Counted from the stretch's first letter, positions 20,565 to 31,050 are shown. The stretch is 64,000 nucleotides of DNA from Terriglobia bacterium (GCA_963737005.1 CAVTRD010000005.1:75891-139890); one strand, 5' to 3'. The notes: generated by a model not told the origin, from the letters alone. A program made the numbers and translations.

Positions 20565-23500
20565 TTGCAGCGGTTGAAGTGTCTGTTGTTCGTGATGGCG
20601 GCAGTGAGTGCGTTTGGGCAAAGTGGGTTTGTCAGGTCCGGTGGCCAGCCCATTCCAGGCGCTGTCGTGACAGTAACGCAAGCCGGGCAGGTTCTTACTA
20701 CGTCTAGTGATGTAGACGGGCATTATGGTTTTCCCCCGCTCTCGCCCGGAGTTTGGAATGTGTCGGTCCAGATGTTTGGTTTTGAACCGCTCGCGCAGAA
20801 CGTCGATTATGCGACCGCAAGAGGTCCGGTCAACCTCGAACTGCGATTGAAAGAATCCTCATTCGCGAAACGTCTGCAGCAATCGACTCCGATTCGGCGG
20901 CAGACGGGCGGAGCGGGATCGGCGGATGCGAATTTCGAGACCCAACTTCAGGCAGCGGCGGGTGGCGAAGCGCAGCGAACAGCGCCGGCGACCGCAAGTA
21001 CCGGCAACGAATCGTTTCTGATTTCGGGAAGTCTGAGTCCCGGTATGGCGCAAGGCGCTCAGTCCGATAGCGGACCCGATATGCGCTTCGGTGGCCCGGG
21101 TGCTCTGGCAGCTAGCTCGGGCGCGGAGGGTGGCACAAACGCTCCTGGCTTCAGCGGCGCTGGTTTCGGCGCTGGCGCTTTCAGTGGTGGCGGGGGGTTC
21201 GGCGGTGCAGGTGGCGGACGCTTCGGAGGTGGTGGCGGTGGCGGTGGACGCGCTGGCGGCCGACGTGCTCCCGGGCAGGCCGGAGGCGCCCAGTTCGGCA
21301 ATCGCCGGCGACGCAACGAACAGATCCACGGCCAGCTCTCATTTACACTCCAGAACTCGGCTCTCAATGCTAAGCCGTTTTCACTGAACGGGCTTGATAT
21401 TCCACAAGCCGCCTATGCTCAAGCGCGCTTCAGTGTCGTGGTGGGCGGGCCGCTCGTATTCAAAAAGCTGGTCAAAGACCCGAAGACACAATTCTTCTTG
21501 ACGTATTTCGGTACGCGCGCGCGAACCCCTGAGCTGTTTGCTGAAACTGTCCCGACGGCCGCCATGCGGGTCGGCGACTTTTCGCAGGCGACTCAGTCCC
21601 TCGGCACTTCGGCTACCAGCGTGCCGGTCCAAGTCTTCAATCCCGCCACTCGACAGCCGTTCGCCAATAACATCATCCCGCCCAATCTGCTGAATCCGAT
21701 TGCGCGCGCGCTCCTCAATTTCTATCCCTCGCCGAATGAGCCAGGTATCGCAAACAATTACCAGTACGAAACGGCGCAGGCGAGTAATGCCAACAACCTT
21801 GGCTTGCGAGTCCAGCGTGAAATCACCAAAGTCGATCGCCTCTCGGGGAATTTTCAGTATCAGGGCCGCAACGGTGCAACCGCGCAGCCGTTTGGCTATT
21901 CCGATGAAACGAATGGCTACGGCTTCAACGCACAGCTGCAGTGGACGCGCAATATTTCTGCTACGGCCCTCAACAATGCCCAGCTCCGTCTCAATCGCAA
22001 TCGCGCTGAGATCACGCCGTATTTCTCGCTACTGCCTGATATCGCAGCACAACTCGGTATTCCAGGCACGTCCGCCAACCCGCTCGACTATGGTCCGCCG
22101 ACTCTGAACTTCACCAATTTCGGATCGCTCAGCGATTCGCCTGCGACTCTGAATCGGAATCAGGCGCTCGGCTTGAGCGATAGCATCAGCCTCCTGCGCG
22201 GCAAGCACAGCTTTACATTCGGCGGCGGTTTTCTCCGGGCTGATTTGAGCGCGCGCACCGACCCTAACGGTCGCGGCACCTTTAACTTCACCGGCGTTGG
22301 TACGAGCGGCTTCGATGCAAGCGGCCGACCGCTTAACGGCACCGGTTACGATCTGGCGGATTTCTTACTGGGCTTCCCACAATCGAGCTCTATTCAGTAC
22401 AGCGGGTTCAACGAATACTTTTTGCAGAATCAGTGGAACGGTTACGCGCAAGACGAATGGAAAGCCCGACCGAACTTGACGATTATCGTTGGAGCGCGTT
22501 ACGAGTATTTCTCGCCCTTCACGGAAATATTCGGTCGGCTGGCGAATTTGGATATCGCGCCCGGCTACGCCGCCGTTGCACAGGTCACACCTGACAAGCC
22601 AGGTCCCTATACCGGTGCGTTTCCGAACGGTCTGATCAATGCGGATCTGAACAACTGGTCGCCGCGCGTGGCATTAGCCTGGAAATTGACTCAGTTCAAA
22701 CGGTCCACAATCTTCCGCAGCGGCTACGGAATCTATTACAACGGTCAAGCTTACAACCAGTTCGCAACCTTGCTTGCCTATCAACCACCGTTTGCCGTCT
22801 CGAACAATGTGAACACCAGCACCTCCGACGTATTGACCTTGGAAAAAGGTTTTACGACTACTTCCGCTAAGCAGATCACCAACAGCTTCGCTGTCGACCG
22901 CAACTATAGGACGCCTTATGCGGGTACCTGGAATGCTTCGCTGCAACGTGAGTTCGGCACCGGCTTCTTCGCTGAAATCGGCTATTTCGGAACCAAAGGA
23001 ACGCGCTTGGATGTGCGCACCCTGCCCAACCAGGCTCCCCCCGGCGCAACGCAAGCTAATCAGCTTGCTAACGCCTCTGGCTTTACCTACGATCAGTCCC
23101 TTGGCAACTCGATCTTTAATGCTCTGCAGCTGCGTTTGAATCGCCGCTTCAACCATGGCATCTCTCTTAACGCCTTCTACCAGTTTGCTAAGTCGATCGA
23201 TGATTCATCAACTTTCGGGGGAGCCGGAAACAGCGTGGCGCAGAACTGGCTTGACTTGGCGGCGGAGCGAGGCCTTTCGAGTTTCGATATACGTCATCAA
23301 TTTTCCGGCAATTTTGTGTGGACCTCGCCCGTGGCCGGACCTGGTTCGCACATCGCCGCTGAGAGCAAAGTGGGACGACTACTGAAAGACTGGCAGCTCA
23401 GCGGGGCCATCACAGCGCAGACCGGCAATCCCCTGACAGCCCGTGTGCTCGGGAACAACCAACAGCTCGCGCAAACAGGCGGTATTGGTAAAGGACGCGC

Positions 23501-23822
23501 CGAAGCCACGGGCCAGCCCATCGACGCGGGCACCGGCTTTTTCAATCTGAATGCTTTCACCGTGCCGCCGCCGGGTGCGTATGGCAATGTGGGACGCAAC
23601 ACCATCCCGGGACCCGGATTGTTCAACCTAAATCTGGCTTTCGCAAGATCATTTAGCTTTGCGGAGCGGCGCCGACTGGAGTTTCGCTTCGAATCAAACA
23701 ATGTGCTGAATCATGTGAATTACACGAATCTCTATACGGTAGTAAACGCTGTGAATTATGGCTTGCCAAGCGGGGCCGCCGGTATGCGCACGCTCGACGT
23801 GGTTGTGAGGTTCCGGTTTTGA
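20565..23822 (+). CDS. carboxypeptidase-regulatory-like domain + large beta-barrel outer-membrane protein (TonB-dependent-receptor-like)
   Basis: A TTG start at 20565 follows AGGAG and gives the signal peptide MQRLKCLLFVMAAVSAFGQ. The N-terminal beta-sandwich reads PIPGAVVTVTQAGQVLTTSSDVDGHYGF. A long Tyr/Asn/Gly-rich barrel ends in the OMP-type C-terminal Phe (VVRFRF). Confidence 0.75.
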   Translation: MQRLKCLLFVMAAVSAFGQSGFVRSGGQPIPGAVVTVTQAGQVLTTSSDVDGHYGFPPLSPGVWNVSVQMFGFEPLAQNVDYATARGPVNLELRLKESSFAKRLQQSTPIRRQTGGAGSADANFETQLQAAAGGEAQRTAPATASTGNESFLISGSLSPGMAQGAQSDSGPDMRFGGPGALAASSGAEGGTNAPGFSGAGFGAGAFSGGGGFGGAGGGRFGGGGGGGGRAGGRRAPGQAGGAQFGNRRRRNEQIHGQLSFTLQNSALNAKPFSLNGLDIPQAAYAQARFSVVVGGPLVFKKLVKDPKTQFFLTYFGTRARTPELFAETVPTAAMRVGDFSQATQSLGTSATSVPVQVFNPATRQPFANNIIPPNLLNPIARALLNFYPSPNEPGIANNYQYETAQASNANNLGLRVQREITKVDRLSGNFQYQGRNGATAQPFGYSDETNGYGFNAQLQWTRNISATALNNAQLRLNRNRAEITPYFSLLPDIAAQLGIPGTSANPLDYGPPTLNFTNFGSLSDSPATLNRNQALGLSDSISLLRGKHSFTFGGGFLRADLSARTDPNGRGTFNFTGVGTSGFDASGRPLNGTGYDLADFLLGFPQSSSIQYSGFNEYFLQNQWNGYAQDEWKARPNLTIIVGARYEYFSPFTEIFGRLANLDIAPGYAAVAQVTPDKPGPYTGAFPNGLINADLNNWSPRVALAWKLTQFKRSTIFRSGYGIYYNGQAYNQFATLLAYQPPFAVSNNVNTSTSDVLTLEKGFTTTSAKQITNSFAVDRNYRTPYAGTWNASLQREFGTGFFAEIGYFGTKGTRLDVRTLPNQAPPGATQANQLANASGFTYDQSLGNSIFNALQLRLNRRFNHGISLNAFYQFAKSIDDSSTFGGAGNSVAQNWLDLAAERGLSSFDIRHQFSGNFVWTSPVAGPGSHIAAESKVGRLLKDWQLSGAITAQTGNPLTARVLGNNQQLAQTGGIGKGRAEATGQPIDAGTGFFNLNAFTVPPPGAYGNVGRNTIPGPGLFNLNLAFARSFSFAERRRLEFRFESNNVLNHVNYTNLYTVVNAVNYGLPSGAAGMRTLDVVVRFRF
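21087..21323 (+). repeat. Gly/Arg-rich low-complexity coding tract inside the 20565..23822 gene
   Basis: The tract encodes GGPGALAASSGAEGGTNAPGFSGAGFGAGAFSGGGGFGGAGGGRFGGGGGGGGRAGGRRAPGQAGGAQFGNRRRRN. By my count about 34 of about 77 residues are Gly. At DNA level it is GGC/GGT-rich, with ggtggcggtggcggtgg. Confidence 0.8.
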
Positions 23823-25948
23823 AGGGCCTGATTTTTCCGCTGATCGTTGCGCTCCTTATGCAGCCGGCGTTCGGGCAGCGGGCAACCTTTTCCACGTCGA
23901 CCAACGTCGTCGTTGTGAACGTGACCGTACTTGATCGCACCGGCAAACCCGTCCCAAATCTTTCAGCCAAGGACTTTCAAGTCTATGAGGACGGCAAACT
24001 ACAAAAGCTACAGGCGGTAGATTATCAGCGTCTCGATGAGGCAAAATTGCCGCCCGTTCAACAAGCTTCTGCAGAGCCGGTGCTCGGGAAAACGCTGGGC
24101 TACAATCCGGCAACCGAGAGCGCAGCCACGCGTACCAATCTTATCTCTAAATATCAGGACCGGCGCCTTATCTGCATGCTGTTTGATTTCTCTTCCATGC
24201 AGCCGGCCGAGCAGATCCGTTCAAAGGAAGCAGCCATTAAGTTCCTTCAATCGCAACTGACCGCGAGTGACACCGTCTCCATCATGGTCTACGGCGCATC
24301 TCTGAAAACTGTCCAGGACTTTACTTCCGACCGTGGGCTACTGATCAGCACCATCAACCGTTTCCGGATCGGCGATTCGAGCGAGAACGCGACCTTTGCC
24401 GATGAAAGCGCCGACGCGCAGGATCAGAGCGGCCTTTTCGTGGCGGACGAGACGGAGTTCAACATATTCAACGCCGATCTGAAGTTGGCAGCGATCGAGG
24501 ATGCGGCACGTGGTCTTGCCCAGTATCCCGAGAAGAAGGCGCTGATTTACATCTCGAGCGGCGTCCAGAAGAACGGGGTCGACAATCAGTCGCAATTACG
24601 CGCAACCGTAAACACGGCAATTCGATCCAACGTAGCGTTCTATCCGATCGATGCGCGCGGGCTCTCGGCGATTGTGCCGGGTGGGGATGCGACCCAAGCT
24701 GGCGCAGCCGGCAACAACCTTTACAACGGGGCCGGGCAGCGCTCACTGAAAGAAAACTTTAATAATCAGCAGGAAACCTTAGCCACTCTGGCGCTCGATA
24801 CGGGCGGCAAAGCTTTGCTCGATTCCAACGATCTGACAGAAGGCATGCAGCAGGTGCAGAAAGATTTCGGCAGCTATTACATTTTGAGCTACGTGCCCGC
24901 GAACGCGGCGCCCGACGGACGTTATCGTCGCATTCAAGTAAAGTTGACGCCCAACCTTGCGGGGCTGAAAGCCAAGCTCGACTATCGGCAGGGCTATTAT
25001 GCGCCTGCTCCATTCGGGCGCATGCGCGAAGCGGACAAAGAGGCGCAGCTCTCACAAGCCTTGCTGTCTGACAATCCCGCCACGGATTTGCCGCTGGCAG
25101 TCGAAGTGGACTACTTCCGGCTCGAAAAGAATAAGTATTTCGTGCCCATTACGGCCAAAATCCCTGGTTCTGCGCTGGCTTTTCAAAAGAAGGGAGCGAA
25201 ACAGGCAACCGAGCTCGACTTCATAGCGGAAGTACGGGATGCTCGTGCCCGGCCGGCCGCTACCGTGCGCGACACGATTCCCCTGAAGATGGCCGCCGAT
25301 CTCGCCGGTCAGGTGAGTCGTAAGAGCATCCAGTACGACACCGGGGTCACGTTGGCTCCAGGCAAATACAAGCTGAAGTTTGTAGCACGTGAAAATGGCG
25401 AAGGGAAGACGGGTACTTTTGAAGAGCCTTTTACCGTACCGGACCTCGCGAACGGCACCGCCTTGCGCATCAGTTCGCTTATCCTCAGCAACGGGCGCGA
25501 ACCCGCAGCAACACAAGTGGCCGGTGTGAAAAACAGCCGCAAGCTGACGGCCAGCAACCCGCTTTTGGCCGATGGCCAAAAGCTTGTTCCGAATGTGACA
25601 CGCGTCTTCCAAACTGGCCAGAAGCTGCTCGCCTATGTGGAAGTCTACGACCCTAAAATCCCCGATGCCCTTCCCGAAAATTTCCGGCGTGCCGACGTCG
25701 AAGCAAGTCTTTCGCTTTATCAAGGACCTAAGAAGGTGTCGGAAACAAATTCTGTGAGAGTGAATCGGCTGATCGAAAGCCGGCCGGATACGGCTCCCGT
25801 TTGGCTCCAGCTCTCGACCGCTTCAGTCCAACCGGGCCGCTATGAGTGCCAGGTGAATTTAATCGATGAACTCGGGCGTAAATTCGCGTTTCCCCGCACC
25901 TCGCTGGTCGTCATGAGTGGCCCTCCTGCCGCGAGCATCTCCCAGTAA
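23819..25948 (+). CDS. VWA domain-containing protein (acidobacterial VWFA-related family)
   Basis: The signal peptide is MKGLIFPLIVALLMQPAFGQ. The family-typical N-terminus is FSTSTNVVVVNVTVLDRTGKPVPNLSAKDFQVYEDGKLQKL. The VWA-like core is ICMLFDFSSM...SIMVY. The TTG start overlaps the upstream stop (TTGA). Confidence 0.8.
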   Translation: MKGLIFPLIVALLMQPAFGQRATFSTSTNVVVVNVTVLDRTGKPVPNLSAKDFQVYEDGKLQKLQAVDYQRLDEAKLPPVQQASAEPVLGKTLGYNPATESAATRTNLISKYQDRRLICMLFDFSSMQPAEQIRSKEAAIKFLQSQLTASDTVSIMVYGASLKTVQDFTSDRGLLISTINRFRIGDSSENATFADESADAQDQSGLFVADETEFNIFNADLKLAAIEDAARGLAQYPEKKALIYISSGVQKNGVDNQSQLRATVNTAIRSNVAFYPIDARGLSAIVPGGDATQAGAAGNNLYNGAGQRSLKENFNNQQETLATLALDTGGKALLDSNDLTEGMQQVQKDFGSYYILSYVPANAAPDGRYRRIQVKLTPNLAGLKAKLDYRQGYYAPAPFGRMREADKEAQLSQALLSDNPATDLPLAVEVDYFRLEKNKYFVPITAKIPGSALAFQKKGAKQATELDFIAEVRDARARPAATVRDTIPLKMAADLAGQVSRKSIQYDTGVTLAPGKYKLKFVARENGEGKTGTFEEPFTVPDLANGTALRISSLILSNGREPAATQVAGVKNSRKLTASNPLLADGQKLVPNVTRVFQTGQKLLAYVEVYDPKIPDALPENFRRADVEASLSLYQGPKKVSETNSVRVNRLIESRPDTAPVWLQLSTASVQPGRYECQVNLIDELGRKFAFPRTSLVVMSGPPAASISQ

Positions 25949-26076
25949 GAACTCGAGAATCCAATGATGAGAGTACGAGCTGACGGCGTCTGCTCTGGCA
26001 TACCGTTAGGACTAATTCGAGGCCGATTTTCATAGGAATGTAGCTTCCAGAGTTTATTCTCTTTGCTAGCCCATCT

Positions 26077-29000
26077 ATGAGCAACCATGCTTTGCGAATC
26101 CTTCTTGTCTCGCTCGTCATCGTTTTCCAGTCACTTGCGCAGCCTTCACGCTCTTCGATGACCGGTACTGTTACTGATGCGCAGGGAGCGCGTGTTCCCA
26201 ATGCTCTGGTGATCGCTACGGAAGAATCCACGGGTCTGCAGCGGCAAACAGAAACCACTTCGCAAGGCGTCTACACGCTCGCCGATTTGCCGGTCGGCAT
26301 CTTTCATGTCGAATTTTCAAAGGCGGGGTTTGCGAACGTCGTCGTGAAGAGCGTAAGGCAAGACGTGGGGCAGACCAGCACTCTCAATGCAGCCCTCAAT
26401 CCGGCCGGCAGGGAAGAGCATACCACCGTTTCCGAATCGACCGTGGAGATCGACCGTGTCGATGCTGCTTTCGGCGCACTGGTTGAACCAAAGCAGGTCA
26501 GCGATCTGCCGATCAACGGTCGAAATTGGGCGACACTGACCACCATGGTGCCCGGTGCGACCGACGCCGGCGCCGGCGACCAGCGCACTATCCGCTTCGT
26601 CGGACACGGGCTGGACGATAACAATTTGACCCTTGATGGGGTAGATGCCACGGCTGTCTACAACCAGGCGCAACGCGAATATGTTCGCCTGACCATTCCG
26701 CTCGAGTCGATAGATGAATTCGACGTCAAATCGCAGACCTTCGGGGCCGATGTGGAAGGTGGAACCGCCGGTGCGCAGGTTTCTGTCGTGTCGCCCTCTG
26801 GCAGCAACGCGTTTCACGGCAGCGCTTTCGACTATTTCCGAAACGATGCCATTGAAGCCCGTTCACCATTTAACCAGGAATCTGCGAATCCGTTTCTTCT
26901 GAATCAATTCGGCGGCTCCGTTGGTGGTCCGATATTAAGAGACAAGTTGTTCTTCTACATGAATTACGAGGGTTTGCGACAACGCCTCGACGGCACCCAG
27001 ATCGGGCTTGTTCCCAGTCCCACCTACATCAACCGAGCCGTTAGAATTTCACCGGCCATCAAACCGCTCCTGCAAGCGTACCCGAGCGGCACTTCGCCCA
27101 CGACCAAGCCTGCTGTCTGGAGATACGATGCTAACGGCCGCTCGACCGATAACGAGGACTCAGGTATGATCCGCTTGGATTATCATTTCTCCGACAAGAC
27201 GACCGCCTTCATCCGCTACAACGGGGATGAAGCCGTCGCCAATACACCCACTGGCAGCTTAACGGCGCTGTCCAACTCTAGTACCAAGTTCAACAACGGA
27301 GTTTTCGAGCTCTTACGGGTATTTACTCCCACCCTGGTCAACGAATTCAAGTTCGGCATAAATCAGGATCAATACCATTCCGGAACAATCTCCCCCTTGG
27401 CGTCTACACTCGCTGTTTCCGGCTTCAGTTCACTCGGCGGTGATACGACTTCGGACTATCCTTCGAAAAACCTCAGCTTTCTGGACGATGTTTCCTGGTC
27501 GAAAGGAAGACACACCTGGAAGTTCGGATTCGAAGTTAAACCCTACTTTGTGAACCAGGGCTCTTCGAGCAGCGGATCCCTGAACTACAGTTCCACGAAT
27601 AGCTTCTTGTTGAACCAGCTCAATACAGCTACTTACAAATCCACTCTGCCTCTGGTCCGACAGCGCAAGACTGAATATTTCGCCTATCTCGAAGATGAGT
27701 GGAAGCCACTGCAGAATCTAACAGTGAATGCCGGTGTTCGCTACAACGTGTTCAATGCGCTGAGGGCTCTCAACAACGATGCCATTCCCTTCGACTTCAA
27801 TACCTGCGGCGGTTACTGTCCCCGCACTTACTCGTTCTTCAATCCCAGATACAACGATCTTGACCCCAGGCTCGGCATAGCCTGGACGCATGAGGACACG
27901 GTGGTGCGTGTGGGCTCCGGCATCTACCATACCGACGGCCAAGTCGACGATCAGAATTTACCCATTTCGAACACCGTTGCAAACTACACTTTCAACAGTG
28001 CAGAATCCGCTTACCGCGGTCTGTCCTATCCAATCGACCCGTATCTCGCAGCTGCTGAGAACGGTGGTTTGGGCGTTGTGACGCCGCGTGCCCTCGATCG
28101 AAACCGCAAAGATATGTACGTGGCAGCCTGGACGCTGTCTGTTCAGCAGACGTTGCCCTACAAACTACTTGGCACCTTGAGCTATGTCGGCAACAAAGGA
28201 ACAAATGTCCTGACGACGACTTACACGAATCTTGCGAATCCCCAAACCGGCCTCGCCCCCTATCCCGCGTTCGGTGCCGTAACCTGGCGTGGCGACGTGG
28301 GCAACAGCACTTTTCACGCCCTCCAGTTCAATGTACGGCGAGAGTTCTCGGACGGTCTTGTCCTGAATGCCAACTATATGTGGTCCCACTCGATCAACGA
28401 TGGAAGCATCGGAGGAGGGGATTCGGATGTTCCGCAGAATTCCTTCTGCCGTGCTTGTGACAAAGCGAGTAGTGATTTCGACATTCGGCATGTCTTCAAT
28501 CTTTCGACCGTGTACCAGCTCCCGTTCGGACCCGGTAAGCGGCTGCTTAATGCACCTGGATTTCTCCGTACGGTCTTGGGCGGTATCGAAGTGAGTGCGA
28601 TCGGCACGGCGCAAAGCGGTCTGCCCGTCAACATCACCATCGATCGAGTCAACAGCGCCGTGCCCGGCAAATTTGCGATCGGCGGGTCCATGCGTCCCGA
28701 CTATATTCCCGGCGAATCGCTTACACCCGCTGGGGGCTCAACTCCGAATAACTGGATCGATCCAGCCGCGTTTGCGGTGCCCGCCAATGGCACGTTTGGG
28801 GATCTTGGCCGCAATTCCTTCCGGGCACCTGGCATAGCTCAACTCGATTTGGGGCTTTCTAAATTTATTGCGGCCACCGAGCGTGTCAACATTCGCCTGC
28901 GCGGCGATCTTTTCAACGTTTTCAACCGCGCTCAGTATGGCGCGCCGAATGCGGACCTTGGCTCTGTTAACGCTGCGGGCGTTTTGACACCGAACAGTAA

Positions 29001-29091
29001 TTTTGGGGTGATAACAAATACTGTGACATCTTACGCCACCGGACGCGGTACACCGCGCGAACTGCAAGTATCGGCAAGGATCGTATTCTGA
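26077..29091 (+). CDS. carboxypeptidase-regulatory-like domain + TonB-dependent-receptor-like outer-membrane barrel
   Basis: A signal peptide is followed by the beta-sandwich GTVTDAQGARVPNALVIATEESTGLQRQTETTSQGVYTLADLPVG and the plug-like motif VSDLPINGRNWATLTTMVPGA. The C-terminus is OMP-type (SARIVF). Confidence 0.8.
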   Translation: MSNHALRILLVSLVIVFQSLAQPSRSSMTGTVTDAQGARVPNALVIATEESTGLQRQTETTSQGVYTLADLPVGIFHVEFSKAGFANVVVKSVRQDVGQTSTLNAALNPAGREEHTTVSESTVEIDRVDAAFGALVEPKQVSDLPINGRNWATLTTMVPGATDAGAGDQRTIRFVGHGLDDNNLTLDGVDATAVYNQAQREYVRLTIPLESIDEFDVKSQTFGADVEGGTAGAQVSVVSPSGSNAFHGSAFDYFRNDAIEARSPFNQESANPFLLNQFGGSVGGPILRDKLFFYMNYEGLRQRLDGTQIGLVPSPTYINRAVRISPAIKPLLQAYPSGTSPTTKPAVWRYDANGRSTDNEDSGMIRLDYHFSDKTTAFIRYNGDEAVANTPTGSLTALSNSSTKFNNGVFELLRVFTPTLVNEFKFGINQDQYHSGTISPLASTLAVSGFSSLGGDTTSDYPSKNLSFLDDVSWSKGRHTWKFGFEVKPYFVNQGSSSSGSLNYSSTNSFLLNQLNTATYKSTLPLVRQRKTEYFAYLEDEWKPLQNLTVNAGVRYNVFNALRALNNDAIPFDFNTCGGYCPRTYSFFNPRYNDLDPRLGIAWTHEDTVVRVGSGIYHTDGQVDDQNLPISNTVANYTFNSAESAYRGLSYPIDPYLAAAENGGLGVVTPRALDRNRKDMYVAAWTLSVQQTLPYKLLGTLSYVGNKGTNVLTTTYTNLANPQTGLAPYPAFGAVTWRGDVGNSTFHALQFNVRREFSDGLVLNANYMWSHSINDGSIGGGDSDVPQNSFCRACDKASSDFDIRHVFNLSTVYQLPFGPGKRLLNAPGFLRTVLGGIEVSAIGTAQSGLPVNITIDRVNSAVPGKFAIGGSMRPDYIPGESLTPAGGSTPNNWIDPAAFAVPANGTFGDLGRNSFRAPGIAQLDLGLSKFIAATERVNIRLRGDLFNVFNRAQYGAPNADLGSVNAAGVLTPNSNFGVITNTVTSYATGRGTPRELQVSARIVF

Positions 29092-29150
29092 TGACACGAG
29101 CACGCGGAATGATCATGCCAAGCTCTAGGTTTTCACGCTAGCGTCGCGCC

Positions 29151-30905
29151 GTGGCTCCGTTCTCGAACTCGGCCGTATCGTCGCAGGTGGCCCCCCTGCT
29201 TGCGTCGGCTACCAGGTCGCTTCAGGCGGGACGACCGGCCGATGCGATCGCGTCATTGCGCGACGCAGCGCTGCTACGGCCGCACGATGCTCTTATTCAG
29301 CACGATCTCGGCCTCGCCTGCCTCGAAGTCGGCCGCGTACCCGATGCGATCGCGGCATTGGAGCATGCCGTTGCCAGCAACCCGCGGTACGCCGATGCGT
29401 ATTTTCGCCTGGGAATCGCCCTTGAGACGCTGGGCGACATCAGCGGGGCAATTGCCGCTTATGACCGCGCCACCGAGCTGACACCATCTCTCGCCGAGGG
29501 TTGGTTCCGGGCCGGCGCCCTGGTTTACGCGCTGGGTCATCGCGACGAGGCGATCGGCTGTTTCCGTCGCGCGGCGGAGACTGGACATAAAACCAGCTTC
29601 GGCCGCCTCGGCAAAGCGCGTGCTCTGTTGGCCGAAGATCGCAATCAGGAGGCCGAACAAGTCCTGCGACAGACGCTTGTGGTCGAACCGAGCAACGCCA
29701 TGGCGCATGACTTACTGGGCGGTTTGCTTTCCGAGTTAGGACGTTTCGACGAGGCTCGCGAATGCTTTGGACGCGCAATTGAGATCGCGCCTCTGCTGGC
29801 GGGAAGCTACTACGATCTGGTCCGGTGTCGCCCCGTTACGAGCGATGGGGACGAGGGTTTACTCCAGCAGATGATCTCCGCCCTGGAGACGCCAGCCCTG
29901 GAGGCCGCGCAACGCCACCGACTCCATCTCGCAATCGGCAAGGCCGCAGACGATCTTGGCGATTACGCCATGGCGATGGAGCATTTCGATGCCGCAGACG
30001 CTGTGCGCCGAGACTCTGTGTTCTTCGACTCGGCAGAGTTCTCCGCCGAGATCGGCCGCTTGATAGCCCGCTGCACACCCAAATTGATCGCGCGCGCGCC
30101 CGAACTCGGCAGCCACGATGCAACACCGGTGCTGATCATCGGCATGCCCCGGTCGGGCACAACTCTTGTCGAGCAGATCGTTTCCATGCATCCGGAGGTT
30201 GGGGCCGGCGGCGAGTTAAATTTCTGGAATGAGCGCGGGGCTGCGTGGCGTCGGTTGGAACTCGCGCACGACCACCAGCAGGTCGGCCTGTGCGCTTCCG
30301 GAGGGGCCAGGGACAAGACGCCTTTTCTCGCCCAGGCGGCCGCAGACTATCTCGACGTGTTGCGCGCGATCGCACCGAGGGCGGCTCGAGTCACCGACAA
30401 GATGCCGTTCAACTTTCTCTGGACCGGGCTGATCCACATGGCGTTCCCGCGCGCAATCATCATTCATTGCAGGCGGGGTACAGTTGATACCGCGCTCTCG
30501 ATTCACCAGACTCATTTCCATCCGAGCCTGCAGTTTCCGACTGGAGGCGCCGAACTGGTCGCATATTTACGCGGCTATCGACGGCTCATGGAACACTGCC
30601 GGAAAGTGCTACCACCGGACCGCTTCCTTGAAGTCGATTACGAGGACCTGACTGGCGCGCCCGAACCGACGATCCGGCGGATCATCGCGGCCTCCGGTCT
30701 AGTGTGGGATGACGCGTGCCTGCGTCCCGAATGTAATGAGCGGGCTGTTAAGACTCCCAGCAAGTGGCAGGCCCGGCAGCCGATCTATCGCACCTCCGTT
30801 GCGCGCTGGCGCCGGTATGAACCCTGGCTGGGCTCTTTAAGGGCGCTCGTCGACGAAGAGTCGGACCTACACACGAATATCGCGAGATCCGGCAGGGATA
30901 CGTAA
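29151..30905 (+). CDS. TPR repeat-containing sulfotransferase family protein
   Basis: The N-terminal half consists of TPR repeats (repeated A..Y..A....P......LG patterns). The C-terminal half carries the PAPS 5'-phosphosulfate-binding loop [17 protein letters not shown] and a downstream [10 protein letters not shown] motif. GTG start. GC content is visibly higher than in the flanks. Confidence 0.8.
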   Translation: MAPFSNSAVSSQVAPLLASATRSLQAGRPADAIASLRDAALLRPHDALIQHDLGLACLEVGRVPDAIAALEHAVASNPRYADAYFRLGIALETLGDISGAIAAYDRATELTPSLAEGWFRAGALVYALGHRDEAIGCFRRAAETGHKTSFGRLGKARALLAEDRNQEAEQVLRQTLVVEPSNAMAHDLLGGLLSELGRFDEARECFGRAIEIAPLLAGSYYDLVRCRPVTSDGDEGLLQQMISALETPALEAAQRHRLHLAIGKAADDLGDYAMAMEHFDAADAVRRDSVFFDSAEFSAEIGRLIARCTPKLIARAPELGSHDATPVLIIGMPRSGTTLVEQIVSMHPEVGAGGELNFWNERGAAWRRLELAHDHQQVGLCASGGARDKTPFLAQAAADYLDVLRAIAPRAARVTDKMPFNFLWTGLIHMAFPRAIIIHCRRGTVDTALSIHQTHFHPSLQFPTGGAELVAYLRGYRRLMEHCRKVLPPDRFLEVDYEDLTGAPEPTIRRIIAASGLVWDDACLRPECNERAVKTPSKWQARQPIYRTSVARWRRYEPWLGSLRALVDEESDLHTNIARSGRDT

Positions 30906-31050
30906 AAATACGGCTATTAAACAAGACGTAACATGCCCGATGCATTCTAAAAGGCAACGATCGCTTTCAAACAGCTCCCCCGGAACTGAGAGATCGGTCC
31001 GGCGAATCGTTTGGCGCAGTTTTTACCTGGCTGAGCGCAACCCATTGCGT

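Noticed and set aside
21150-21300. GGN-rich repetitive DNA, considered as a possible tandem repeat, VNTR or CRISPR-like array.
   Set aside because: There is no fixed repeat unit or spacer periodicity. It is in frame within a long ORF and simply encodes poly-Gly/Arg low complexity. It is reported as a protein-level oddity instead.
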